Program-made: the position numbers and the translations under genes | Notes under the pieces: generated by a model | Told to the model about the DNA's origin: nothing | What the model saw: only the letters and a program-made list of their open reading frames with translations | The model's database searches: none | Shown: in pieces, positions 7,317-18,000 of the stretch | Layout: each line of letters starts with the position of its first letter | Numbering within the stretch: position 1 is the stretch's first letter | Source of the DNA: Prosthecobacter sp. | GTDB lineage: Bacteria > Verrucomicrobiota > Verrucomicrobiia > Verrucomicrobiales > Verrucomicrobiaceae | Assembly (NCBI GenBank): GCA_044345155.1 | Contig: JBIJBP010000001.1 | Coordinates: forward strand, 58,800 to 122,799 | Direction of reading: 5' to 3' | Length of the DNA: 64,000 nt

Positions 7317-9113
7317 ATGCCCATCGAAAACACCCGCAACTTCTCCATCATCGCTCACATCGACCACGGGAAGACCACGCTCTCGGACCGCCTGCTGGAG
7401 TTCACCAAGACGATCACCCAGCGCGAGCAGCAGGCCCAGCTCCTGGATGCGATGGACCTGGAGCGCGAACGCGGCATCACCATCAAGGCGCATCCGGTAT
7501 GCATGTTTTACAAGGCCAAAGACGGCCAGAACTACAAGCTGAACCTGCTCGACACCCCCGGCCATGTGGACTTCAGCTACGAAGTCAGCCGCTCCCTCGC
7601 CGCCTGCGAAGGCGCCCTGCTGCTGATCGACGCCTCCCAGGGCGTGGAGGCCCAGACCGTCGCCAACCTCAACCTGGCGATGCAGCAGAACCTGCACGTC
7701 ATCCCCGTCATCAACAAGGTCGACCTCCCCAGCGCCGACATCGACAAGTGCAAACGCCAGCTTGAGGACATCCTCCAGCTCCCCGCCGATGAAGCCGTGC
7801 CCGCCAGTGCCAAGATGGGCATCGGCATCGAGGACATCCTGGAGGCCATCGTGGCCTACGTTCCCGCGCCCAAGGATCCTGGCGACGGCTATCTGCGCGC
7901 CTCCGTCTTTGACTCCGTTTTCGACGCCTACCGCGGCGTCGTCAGCTACGTCCGCGTCGTCAGCGGCACCATCGTGCGCGGCCAGAAGATCCGCATGATG
8001 TCCACCGGGCTTGACTACGAAATCAAGGACGTCGGCATCTTCCGTCCGAAGATGACCGCCTGCGAGAAGCTCGAGCCCGGAGATGTCGGCTACCTGATCG
8101 CCAACGTGAAGTCCACCGCCGACGTCAAGATCGGCGACACCATCACCGAGAGCAAAAGGCCTGCTCCGCAGCCCCTCCCCGGCTTCAAGGAGATCCATCC
8201 CCTCGTCTTCAGCGGCATCTATCCCGTCAGCACGGATGACTTCGAAGCCCTGAAGCTCGCCGTCGGCAAGCTCCAGATCAACGACGCCGCCTTCACTTTC
8301 ATGAGCGAAAGCTCCGCCGCCCTCGGCTTCGGCTTCCGCTGCGGCTTCCTCGGCCTCCTGCACATGGAGATCGTCCAGGAGCGCCTGCGTCGTGAGTTCA
8401 ACATGGACGTCATCTCGACGTACCCCTCCGTGATCTACGAGGTCCGCAAGACCAACGGCGAGGAGCTCATGGTGGACAACCCCACCTTCCTTCCCAGCGC
8501 CCAGGAGATCGACGAAATCCGCGAACCGATCGTGAAGGTCAACATCATGATCCCGAACGAGCACATCGGGGACATGATGCAGCTCGTCATGGACAAGCGC
8601 GGCCAGGTCAACAACACCGAGACCCTCGACGACCGCCGCGTACTGCTCCACACCGTGATGCCGCTGAACGAAATCCTCGTGGACTTCAACGACAAGCTCA
8701 AGTCCATCACCCGCGGCTACGGCAGCATGGATTATGAACACGCCGGCTACCAGCCCGCCGAACTGGTGAAGATGGACATCCTCATCGCCGGTGATCCCGT
8801 GGACGCCTTCTCCTGCATCGTCCACCGCAGCAAGGCGGAGAGCCGCGGCCGCCAGCTCTGCGGCAAGCTCAAGGAGGTCATCCCCCAGCAGCTCTTCGTC
8901 GTCGCCATCCAGGCCGCCATCGGCGGCAAGATCATCGCCCGCGAAAGCATCAGCGCCCTGCGCAAGGACGTGACCGCCAAGTGCTACGGCGGTGACATCA
9001 CGCGCAAGCGCAAGCTCCTCGAGAAGCAGAAGGAGGGTAAGAAGAAGATGAAGGCCATCGGCAAGGTGAACATCCCCCAGGAAGCCTTCATCGAAGTGCT
9101 CAAGACCAGCTGA
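7317..9113 (+). CDS. lepA: Elongation factor 4 (LepA), translational GTPase
   Basis: 598 aa. NFSIIAHIDHGKTTLSDRLL (G1), LLDTPGHVDFSYEV (G3), INKVDL (G4). The LepA-specific C-terminus includes ...KCYGGDITRKRKLLEKQKEGKKKMKAIGKVNIPQEAF. Confidence 0.97.
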   Translation: MPIENTRNFSIIAHIDHGKTTLSDRLLEFTKTITQREQQAQLLDAMDLERERGITIKAHPVCMFYKAKDGQNYKLNLLDTPGHVDFSYEVSRSLAACEGALLLIDASQGVEAQTVANLNLAMQQNLHVIPVINKVDLPSADIDKCKRQLEDILQLPADEAVPASAKMGIGIEDILEAIVAYVPAPKDPGDGYLRASVFDSVFDAYRGVVSYVRVVSGTIVRGQKIRMMSTGLDYEIKDVGIFRPKMTACEKLEPGDVGYLIANVKSTADVKIGDTITESKRPAPQPLPGFKEIHPLVFSGIYPVSTDDFEALKLAVGKLQINDAAFTFMSESSAALGFGFRCGFLGLLHMEIVQERLRREFNMDVISTYPSVIYEVRKTNGEELMVDNPTFLPSAQEIDEIREPIVKVNIMIPNEHIGDMMQLVMDKRGQVNNTETLDDRRVLLHTVMPLNEILVDFNDKLKSITRGYGSMDYEHAGYQPAELVKMDILIAGDPVDAFSCIVHRSKAESRGRQLCGKLKEVIPQQLFVVAIQAAIGGKIIARESISALRKDVTAKCYGGDITRKRKLLEKQKEGKKKMKAIGKVNIPQEAFIEVLKTS

Positions 9114-9271
9114 CCCGCCACAACTCAAAGGTAGTCTCAGCCGCGCTCTTTGATCCGCCATCAGGACAGACCGCCAAACCCGCCCGCTTCCCAGACGGGG
9201 TTCATGCGCTTTCGCAGAGTGCCAGACTGATCAAACAACGGAGCCCCCCGGGCTTCGCACGTCCGGACAGC

Positions 9272-9844
9272 TTACTGGGCCGAATCCTTCGCCTGCTGCT
9301 GGCTGGCGGTGTCCAGCTTGCTCATCGGATAAGGCACCTCCTGGCCTGTCGCGGGCATGCGCAGGATGACGTTGTCACCCTCGAGCCTGACAAAACCGGC
9401 CTTGATCTTCTTCCCCTCAAAATTCACCCAGGTCATGATCGGAGGCAGTCCGGGCTTGGCCTTGCCTGCATTGTTGACCGGCATCATCTTGCCCCCTGCC
9501 CCATCCAACGCCGCACCTTCCGTGATCCAGGCCCTCAGCTTTTCGATCTCGGCGCTGGAAAGGTTGCCGTCCGGAGGCATGTGCGCCTCATGATTGGGGT
9601 CGGCCACGACGATGAAAAAATGACTCTCCGCCGGGTTCCCCGGCACGATGGCCCCCTTGGGGTTGATGTCCAGCTTCAGGGTCTCCAGGTCGTCAAACAC
9701 ATAGCCGGCCTTCTTTTTCTTCGCCTGCTCGCTGTGGCATTCATAACAGTTCTTCTCGAGGATCGGCGCGATGTCCTTCTTGAAGTCAACCGCAGCGGCG
9801 GAAAGCGTTGAAAGCAGAATGGCGAGGGGGGAGCGAAGCATCAT
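9272..9844 (-). CDS. Secreted c-type cytochrome-domain protein (planctomycete PSCyt1-type) with an SHD1-like C-terminal domain
   Basis: Signal peptide MMLRSPLAILLSTLSAAAV. FKKDIAPILEKNCYECHS carries the CxxCH haem motif in the PSCyt1 context. The C-terminus WVNFEGKKIKAGFVRLEGDNVILRMPATGQEVPYPMSKLDTASQ fits the SLA1-homology (SHD1) pattern. Confidence 0.8.
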   Translation of the reverse strand: MMLRSPLAILLSTLSAAAVDFKKDIAPILEKNCYECHSEQAKKKKAGYVFDDLETLKLDINPKGAIVPGNPAESHFFIVVADPNHEAHMPPDGNLSSAEIEKLRAWITEGAALDGAGGKMMPVNNAGKAKPGLPPIMTWVNFEGKKIKAGFVRLEGDNVILRMPATGQEVPYPMSKLDTASQQQAKDSAQ

Positions 9845-9906
9845 GAATGCGAGGAAGTGAGGGCTCCTGTTCTAACGCCACAAAATGCCGGTCCTTAGTT
9901 TTTGCG

Positions 9907-10860
9907 ATGTTTGTTTCCTCCTTTGCGTCCGTCAGAGGTTTGGAGGACTGTGCAAGACATCAACCCGCCGTGCTCGCCTTCATTGATTCATTCATTCTTC
10001 ATCTGGCCACCGAGCGGGGCCTGTCCGTGAACTACCAGCTCCTGGTCCGCAGAGTCCTGGAGAACCTGGCTTCCTGGCTGAAGGAACGGCACGAAATTGA
10101 AGACGCCGCCAGCGTGACCACGGCACATCTCACCGAACACCTTGGCAGGCGTAAAAAAGACGGTCTGGCGGCCACCAGCGCCCGGGTGGAGCTGGTGGCC
10201 GTGAAGATCTTCTTTCGCTGGCTGGCGGCCCGGGGCAAACGCCAGGGCGACCCCGCTGAAGCCATCCTGCCACCCCGCGTGGAAAAGCACCTTCCCGGCA
10301 GCCTGAACGAAGAAAACGCCAGGCGGCTCGTGGAATCCATCACCGGAGACTCCCCGCTTGACCGTCGTGACCGCGCGATCCTGGAGCTGTTCTACGCCAG
10401 CGGCCTGAGGCTCGCGGAACTGCTCGGTGCCAGGCTGGAAAACCTGAACATGGATGAGGGCTGGATCCGTGTGACCGGCAAGGGCGCCAAGACCAGGCTC
10501 TGTCCCGTCGGGGGCGCCGCCCTTGACGCCCTGCGTTCCTACCTGGATCACGCCCGGCCGGAACTGGTCACCCCAAAGTCGCAAAGCCACCTCTTTCTCT
10601 CCATCCGGGGCACCCACCTGACGGCGGCGCGCATCCGGCAGATCGTCGAAGAACGGGCCCGGGCGGCAGGTTTGTCCATCCACGTTCATCCGCACCTGCT
10701 TCGGCATTCCTTTGCCACGCACCTGCTGAACAACGGCGCCGACCTGCGCGTGATCCAGGAGATGCTCGGACACGCGGACATTTCGACCACGCAGATCTAC
10801 ACGCATGTGGACCAGAAGCGCCTGCGCCAGGTGCACCGGCAGTTTCACCCGCGGGCCTGA
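9907..10860 (+). CDS. xerD: Site-specific tyrosine recombinase XerD
   Basis: Catalytic residues sit in their expected contexts: ASGLRLAELLG (Arg), HLLRHSFATHLL (His-x-x-Arg) and MLGHADISTTQIYTHVDQKRLRQVHRQFHPRA (Tyr, with a XerD-like C-terminus). The ATG at 9907 gives a typical length of about 317 aa. Confidence 0.85.
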   Translation: MFVSSFASVRGLEDCARHQPAVLAFIDSFILHLATERGLSVNYQLLVRRVLENLASWLKERHEIEDAASVTTAHLTEHLGRRKKDGLAATSARVELVAVKIFFRWLAARGKRQGDPAEAILPPRVEKHLPGSLNEENARRLVESITGDSPLDRRDRAILELFYASGLRLAELLGARLENLNMDEGWIRVTGKGAKTRLCPVGGAALDALRSYLDHARPELVTPKSQSHLFLSIRGTHLTAARIRQIVEERARAAGLSIHVHPHLLRHSFATHLLNNGADLRVIQEMLGHADISTTQIYTHVDQKRLRQVHRQFHPRA

Positions 10861-10924
10861 GGTTCCTCACGACCTGGATGCCGCCATGCTTGTGCAATTC
10901 CACCAGCCTGTGCCATTTTGAAGA

Positions 10925-11917
10925 ATGTCCCCGACCTCTCTCTGCCTGTCCTTTGACACCACCGGCCGTCCGGAAGATGTCCTGAAGCTGACCGAACGCT
11001 CCCTGCCCCCCCTCAGCGGCCATGAGGTGCGGGTTCGGATGCGTTATGCGCCCATCAATCCGGCGGACCTCAACTTCATCGAAGGCACCTACGGCCGTGC
11101 GGCTCACCCACCGGCGGTTCCTGGTCATGAAAGCTGTGGTGAAGTCGAGGCCGTCGGCCCTCTGGTCACCTCCCTGAAGAAAGGGGATGTCGTCATCCCT
11201 CTGCTTGGCACCGGCTGCTGGACCCAGCACATGACGGCTGCGGAACAGCACTTTGCCCTGCTGCCGGAATCGATCGATCCCGTTCAGGCCAGCATGCTGC
11301 GCATCAACCCGGTCACGGCCTGGCATCTGCTCACCCAGCATGTGGAGCTGAACGAAGGCGACTGGGTGGTTCAAAACGCCGCCAATTCCGGCGTCGGCAG
11401 GGCCCTGGTCCAGATCGCCCGGAAGCAGGGCCTGCGTACCCTGAACTTCGTCCGCAGGCCGGAGCTTGTGGAGGAGATGTTGGACCTCGGCGCCGATGCC
11501 GTGTTTCTGGATGATGACAACGGCCTTGCCGCCGCGCGGGAATGCCTGAAGGGGAAAGCGGTGCGGCTGGCTGCCAACGCCGTGGGCGGTGACAGCGCAA
11601 TCCGCCTGATGGACCTGCTTGCGCCCGAAGGCATGCTGGTCACCTACGGCGCGATGAGCCGGCGCAGCCTCAAGGTGCCTAACAAATTCCTGATCTTCAA
11701 GAACCTGCGCCTGCACGGCCTGTGGATCACCCGCTGGTTTGAAAAAGCCGGCGCCGATGAACTTTACAAGGCGCTGGAACCCCTGACCCGGATGATCCTG
11801 GATCATGAACTGCACACGGCGGTGGATGAAGTCATCCCGCTCCGCGATTTCCAGCGTGCTCTCGCCAGGGCGGCTGAAGGCGGACGTCGCGGCAAGGTCA
11901 TCCTGGACCTGGCCTGA
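10925..11917 (+). CDS. MDR-family NAD(P)H-dependent oxidoreductase (2-enoyl thioester reductase / quinone oxidoreductase-like)
   Basis: 330 aa. APINPADLNFIEGTYG, PGHESCGEV, and the Rossmann motif NAANSGVGRALVQIARKQGLRTLNFVRR, which is typical of ETR1/MECR-like enzymes. Confidence 0.85.
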   Translation: MSPTSLCLSFDTTGRPEDVLKLTERSLPPLSGHEVRVRMRYAPINPADLNFIEGTYGRAAHPPAVPGHESCGEVEAVGPLVTSLKKGDVVIPLLGTGCWTQHMTAAEQHFALLPESIDPVQASMLRINPVTAWHLLTQHVELNEGDWVVQNAANSGVGRALVQIARKQGLRTLNFVRRPELVEEMLDLGADAVFLDDDNGLAAARECLKGKAVRLAANAVGGDSAIRLMDLLAPEGMLVTYGAMSRRSLKVPNKFLIFKNLRLHGLWITRWFEKAGADELYKALEPLTRMILDHELHTAVDEVIPLRDFQRALARAAEGGRRGKVILDLA

Positions 11918-11974
11918 AAACAGCCCCCTCTCCCGCAGGAAAGTCCGGCTCAACGAAAGAAGGTCTGAAAACAA

Positions 11975-12002
11975 GAACGCCACCCGTCTCCAGGTGGCGT
12001 TC
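11975..12002. terminator. Bidirectional rho-independent terminator between the convergent MDR gene and the giant gene
   Basis: Perfect 10-bp stem GAACGCCACC / GGTGGCGTTC with an 8-nt loop. On the minus strand it is followed by TTGTTTTCAG, and on the plus strand by TGCGTTTG. Confidence 0.6.
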
Positions 12003-12029
12003 TGCGTTTGATCACAATCCTCAGGTCCA

Positions 12030-15000
12030 TCAGTCCTGGCGGCGGCGGCGCATGAAGAGCGCCATCAGGCCGAGGATCATCAGGAGCGCACGTCCCGGCT
12101 CGGGCACCACGACCAGCGTTCCGTAGGTCATGAAGAGCGAAGTGTCCCAGAGGAGGTTGTAGGCGCTGAGGTTCGGCAGCTGAAGGTCGAAGACAGAGGA
12201 GCCGCCGGCATACTGGGTGCTGCCGGCATCAAAGCCAGGAGCCGTCAGGGTGGTCCAGTCGAACAGGTTGAACATATCACCATAGACCGGCGTGTAGGTC
12301 TCGAAGTTGCTGACCACCACACGGCCGTAATGGTTGAGGGCCATGTTACCGGAGACGTTCACGTAGTCGTGGTTGTTGATGGTGCCCTGCGCGCCGTTGA
12401 GGTAGTTCGGAGCGTTGGTGACCAGCCAGCTTGTGGTGCCATCCCACATCGGATCGATCACACCGGCGTTGGCGGTCGAACCATTCAGCTGCATCTGCAC
12501 GCGGTCCACGGTGTTGTTGTTCGGGGAGCCGGTGACCGGGCCCGAAACCGTCAGGTTGCCGTTCACATAGACGTGGCCGATCTGGTTGCCAGCATTGGCG
12601 ATTTCAGGACCGCTGTTGCCGCCAGGTGCCAGGAAGCCGACCTTGGAAACCTCGCCGACATTGTCGCCGATGGTGAACGTGCCGCCTGCGGCATCGATGC
12701 GCGCGGCATTGCCGGCCGAGGCGAAGCTGCTGCCTGCGCTGGAGGTACCGCCGCCGCTGACGCGGCCGTCGAAGACAAAGTTGCCGCTGCTTGCAGTCTT
12801 CGCGGAGACATCAAACTTCGAGGCTGCACCGATGTTCAGCCAGACGGAGTCGGCGATGTTGCCATTGGCACCGATCTTCACGGAACCGCCGTTGGTGAGG
12901 GTGGTGGCACCGTAGTAGGTGTTGACGTTGTTCAGGCTCAGCGTGCCGGTTCCAGCCATGGTCAGAGCCACGTTGTGCTGAATGACGCCGCTGTAGGTGA
13001 AGTCGGAGGTGGTCGTGTTGCCCACCGTCAGGGTCTTCACCGACGTGGACGCGTTGGTGATGAAGCCGCTGGTGACGTTCGCCGTGGTGGCAGGAGTTCC
13101 CGGGTTGGTCAGCACTCCAACAGTCTGGTTCTGGCCATTGAGATCAAGGATGCCGTTGCCGGTGGTGGTCAGCGTCGTGTTGGTCGGCAGGGTGTTGTCC
13201 TTGCCGATCATCAGCTTGCCGCCCTCGACGAAGGTGCCGCCCTCGTAGGTGTTGGTGCCGGAGAGGATCACGGTGTCATAGCCAGCCTTGGTCAGCTTGC
13301 CGGGACCGCTGATCACACCCTTGATCTCAAGCAGGGCGCCGGAGGAGAGGTATTCTTCCATCGGACGATTGTCACCGACCTGCTGGCCCATGTTCAGACC
13401 GGCCATGCCGAGGTAGTAGCGGGAACCGACGAAGGAGTCACCGGCCAGCGTGAAGTTGATGTTGGGGTTGAGGACACGCAGGACACCGCCGCCGTTGACG
13501 CTGATGTTGTCGTCCGTGCGGAGGAAGGCCTCAACGCCGCCGCCGTTCAAGGTCACGTCCACATCGGTGGTCGGCTGATCGGCGGCGATCTGCAGGGTGC
13601 CCTTGCCCAGGTTCAAGGCGCCGCTGCGGGCGTTGTTCACGTTCCAGCGCTCGACGGATCCCTCGTTGTAAACGGTGGTGGAGTTGCTCTGGCTGTAGTT
13701 GGCCACGCCGACTTCGAGCACGCCGTAGCGATTGATGACGAGCGGACCCGTGCCGAGGGAGCCATTGTGGGCCACATGAACGGCACCCTGGTCGATGATG
13801 ACCGGAGCGGTGTAGCCAGCGCTTTCACCACGGACGTAGAGGGTTCCGTCACCCCACTTGGTGAGACGGCCGGTGCCGGTCAGGGAGGCGATGGAGAGGC
13901 CGCTGCTCAGGCCGCCGGTAAGGCTGCCCGCGTTCGTGCCACTGCCACCGGCGATGTGGGTCGGCGTTGCCGTCGTGTCCACATTGAGGATACCGTTGCT
14001 GGTCATGATGAGGTCACCGGCGGAGAGGATGGTGCGCGAGCGGTTGTTGGCCACGCGCAGGTAGGCGTCCATGGTGCCGTTCGTCGGATCGTTGCCAATG
14101 CCGCCCGACTGCTGGATTTCGATGTCCGAGATGCTGTGGACACGGTTGTCGGCGCCTGGATCCCAGTCGATGGTGGCTAAGTCCACGCCCGTGATGCGGC
14201 CGAAGGTGTAGGAGTAGTTCAGCAGTGTGTCGGAGGGCTGGGCGCGCAGATAGAGGGCTCCGGAGCTGGCCTGGCTGCCGTTCAGCACGATGGTGTTGCC
14301 GGCCACGGCATTGCCGCCTGCACCAAACTGGCTGAACCAGAGACCACCTTCGTTCACAACCCAGCCGCCGCTGTAGCCATTGCCGGTGCCGCGGGCCGCG
14401 TCGCTCTGGTCGTTGCCGATGACCAGGATGGCGGTGCCGTATTTTGTGACGGACCCGGCGGTGAGGTTGCCGTTGAACTGAATGTTGCCGCCGGTGTAGA
14501 AGATGGCCTCGTTGGAGCCATCCGCGCCGAACTTCAGGTTCGGGTTGATGGTGAAGGTGTTGGCGGTGGAAACCACGGCACCGATGTCGCTGCCACTGCC
14601 GGTCAGGATGATGGTGGCGCTGTTGTCATTGGCGGTGGCGCTTGGGCTATTGAGGGTGACGTTGCCGCCGCGCAGGGCGAAGATGGAGGTCTCAAAGGCA
14701 CCCATGCTGGTGGTGGCGGTGATGTTGACGACTTCCGTGCCTGCACCAGGACCGGCCGGCATGGCGACCATGGAACCATCAGCAACAGGCACCACACCCG
14801 TGCTGCTGTTGTAGCTGAGGAAGCGATGGGACTGGCCGTCCATGTAATAGCCAGGAAGCATGTTGCTCACGGCCGAAACCGTCGAGACGGCTGGCGCAGT
14901 GGTGAATTTCAACTGCTGCTGGGGTGATCCGGCGGTAAGCGCCGCGCCAAGAGCAACCGTGGTGACCGTGGGTCCAGGGTTGCTGGGGACCACCACCAGG

Positions 15001-18000
15001 GTGCCGCGACCGGTTCCGGCACCTGTGCTGGCAGCAGCACGGTCGATGGAAGCTGCCACAAGGATGGCATCGCCGTTGTTCTGGGAGGCAAGGCCAACAC
15101 GTGATCCGCGGTCAAAGGTGAGGTTGCCGATGGTTTCAGAGTTATCATTGGCACCATCGGTGGCTTCGGCGACGATGCTGGAACCATCAAGCTGGATCGG
15201 AACACCATCCTCCCAGCGATTGGAGCCGGCACCCGTGGCGGTCATGTCCTGGAAGGTCAGGGTGCTGGTCGGATGCAGGCGAAGGTTGTTGTAGAAGTGC
15301 GAGGTGGGGGTCACCGCACTGCGCAGGCTGCCAGTGCCTTCAAAGCGCAGGCCGCCATAGACATCAATGGTGGCGTTGGGGTTGCTGCCAAGAGGCCCTG
15401 CGGTGTCACCCGCCGCCATCGTCGTGTTGAAGCGCAGCGTGGCAGAACGTCCGACCACGGTCTGACCGGTGTAGGTGTTCTGGTTCTGGAAGTAAACAAA
15501 CCCGTTGCTGCCCCAGTTGCCGTTCGGGCCAAGGATGGCCTGAGAGCCGACCTGCACATCCGTAGGACCTCCCACATCGGACAGATTGCCACCGCTCGCG
15601 AGCGCGACGGTCAGGGTATTACCGCTCTGGTGGGAGAAGCGATAGACAGGGTTGGTGCTGGTGCCGCCAATGACGCTGTGGTCCAGGTTGGCAAGGCCAG
15701 GGCTGAGGCTCGGTGCATTGTAGGTGCGGTCACCGTTGGCTCCCAGGTAAAGACGACCGTTGGCCAGCGTGCTGAGGTTCAGGGCGTTGGCGTTGTTGGC
15801 TTCCAGGGCCAGCATGAGCACCTGGTTGGTCTCAGGCGTGTAGGTCTGGATCATGGAGGCATACTGGGCCTGCGTGAAGGCACCCACCGAGCGGAAGACG
15901 GCCGGAGCATACTGCGTGCCAATAAGCCTGATGCCACCAGCACCGACGTTGGCGACGTTGTTGACACGGACGCTGGCACCCGGGTTGACGAAGATCGTTC
16001 CGGAGCCCAGGTGGGCCGTGTTGCTGCTGGCGACACGATTGCCAAAGGCCAGCAGACCAGCGTTCACATAGGTCGGGCCGGTGAGGGTGGTGTTGGCGCT
16101 GTTGACCCACATGGTGCCGACGTTGTTCTTGTTGAACACCACCTGGCCGCCGCCGGTGCTGATGGCGCCGTTCAGGACAAGGTCGGTGGCATTGTTGAAG
16201 TGCGGGCTGCCGAGAAGGGTGGTCGTGCCGGCGAACTCAAGGCCGTAGCTGTTGCCACCGTTCACCGTGAAATACTGCTGGCCGACGGTCAGGTTGCCGA
16301 GCACGACGGTCTTCGTGGTGCCTACGGCGACAAGGCCGGTGCGGTCCACGTTGATGATGGAATTGCCGTTCACAATCACGTTCGGCAGCGTGCCGCCGGT
16401 GCCGATGAAGAGCGTGCGCTCGAGGTTGGTGTCGGCAGCGCCGCCCACGTCGTTGTCCACGCGGAGGTCGAGGGTGCCCTGCATGAGGGTGATGTCACCC
16501 GTGCCGATGCCGCCTGCGGTGATGTTGCTGTTGGCGTTCGCCGCCACGTTGGTGGCCTTGGCAAAGACTTGCAGGGTGCCTCCCTGAAGGACGGTGCCCC
16601 CGCTCCAGTCGTTGAAGTTGGTGACGTTTTGCAGGAACAGGGTGCGGGTGCGGCTGTCGCTCGGCCCCTTGATCAGCATACCTGTGCCCGTGACCTTGCC
16701 CATGAGATAGGCGTCGTTGGCGCCGCCGCTGTAGCCGTTGTCAACAGCGATGGCGGAACGGCCTTTCAGAGTCGTCGTGCCGTTGAACTGGATGCGCCAG
16801 AAGCCAGCGGCGTTGGTGTTGGTCGGACCGAACAGCCTGAGCACCTGGCCGTTGTCCCCTTCATTATTGCCGAAGGTCAGGTTGTTCAGGATCATCGTGC
16901 GGCTGGTGATGGAGCCACCGGCCCTGTCATAGTTGATGGTCGCCACGGAGACGTTGTCACCCAGGACAATGTTGTTGTTGAAGGTGGCGGTGGTTCCAAC
17001 CGTCCAGCTGTCATTTCCGATACGCAGGATGAGCGAGGTGTTATTGCCATCCAGGATGATGTCATTGCCACCCACCTTGGCACCACCCATCTGGGAGGTG
17101 ATGTTGGTGGCGATCGTCTGGGTGTATTGAAGCTGAAGCGCTCCCTGCTGGATGCGGATGTCACCCAGGAAGTTAGGCTGCTCGGAGAGAATCTGGAAGG
17201 TGCCTGCACCCATCTTGGTGATGGAGGACGCACTGATGCGGCCCGAGGTGGTGTTATTGGCCAGGAGACCGACGTTGAGGGTTCCGGCGTTGTAGATGAT
17301 CAGTTCCTTGTCACCGGCTGCGCCCGCCCAGAGGCCACCCTGGATGGTGCGTGTAGCGCCGCTCTGGGCGATGAGACCGCCGCTGTCAATGATGAGGCGG
17401 TTGACGGTGTCAGTGGCCGCCGTGGCGGTAGTCAGGTTCATGTCGGCTTCAAGACGCACCGCGTAGCCGCGGACATCACCACCGTTCATGGTCTGGGTGG
17501 CATTGATGAGCAGGCGGTCGGTGGAGGCGTCCACAAGGGCGGTGTGGGTGGCGGTTCCCTGCACACGACTGAAGCCGGCCAGGGTGAAGCCGAGGTCCGT
17601 GTTATAGGTCAGGAAGTGCTGGTCGGAGGCGCTGACCATCCAGGGCTCAACCATGCCGTTGGTGACGGTGGGGATGGTGCCGCCCGAGGAGATGATCACG
17701 CGTTCATCGGAACCCAACTGGCTGCTGTTATGGATGAACTGCAGGGTGCCGAAGTTCTGGCGGGTGATAGCAGGCGTCTGAAGCTCCGTGCCTCGGCCGA
17801 TGACGCCGCGGACAACTTCGACGCGGTTGGCGCCGCGGCCCACGTTGAGATTACCCACCTTTTCAACGACTTCCACGGCAGGATTGCCCTGGAGGCGCAG
17901 CACGCTGTTGTTCATGTTAAAGGGAGTGGAGTCGCCCCAGCGGCCTTGGGTGGCGGAGGCTGGAAGCACGCCCGAAAGGTTGTCGAGGCGGACCAAGGAC

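Noticed and set aside
7281-9161. 626-aa minus-strand ORF opposite lepA. Analogous long antisense ORFs are 526..1752, 10568..11983, 34270..35832, 38641..41355, 43818..45530, 47523..49322, 49407..51302 and 51304..52593.
   Set aside because: Each lies exactly opposite a gene with unmistakable conserved motifs (lepA, DegT, MDR, amt, TPR/exbD, hydrolase, pyrG, purA, prfC). Each translates to low-information Arg/Gly/Ala/Asp-rich sequence. These are classical GC-rich shadow ORFs.
9907-10860. Tyrosine recombinase as the integrase of a mobile element or prophage
   Set aside because: The sequence has the canonical chromosomal XerD C-terminus (LGHADISTTQIYTHV...HPRA). It has no adjacent tRNA, direct repeats, excisionase or phage/IS genes. 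The flanking genes are ordinary chromosomal genes.
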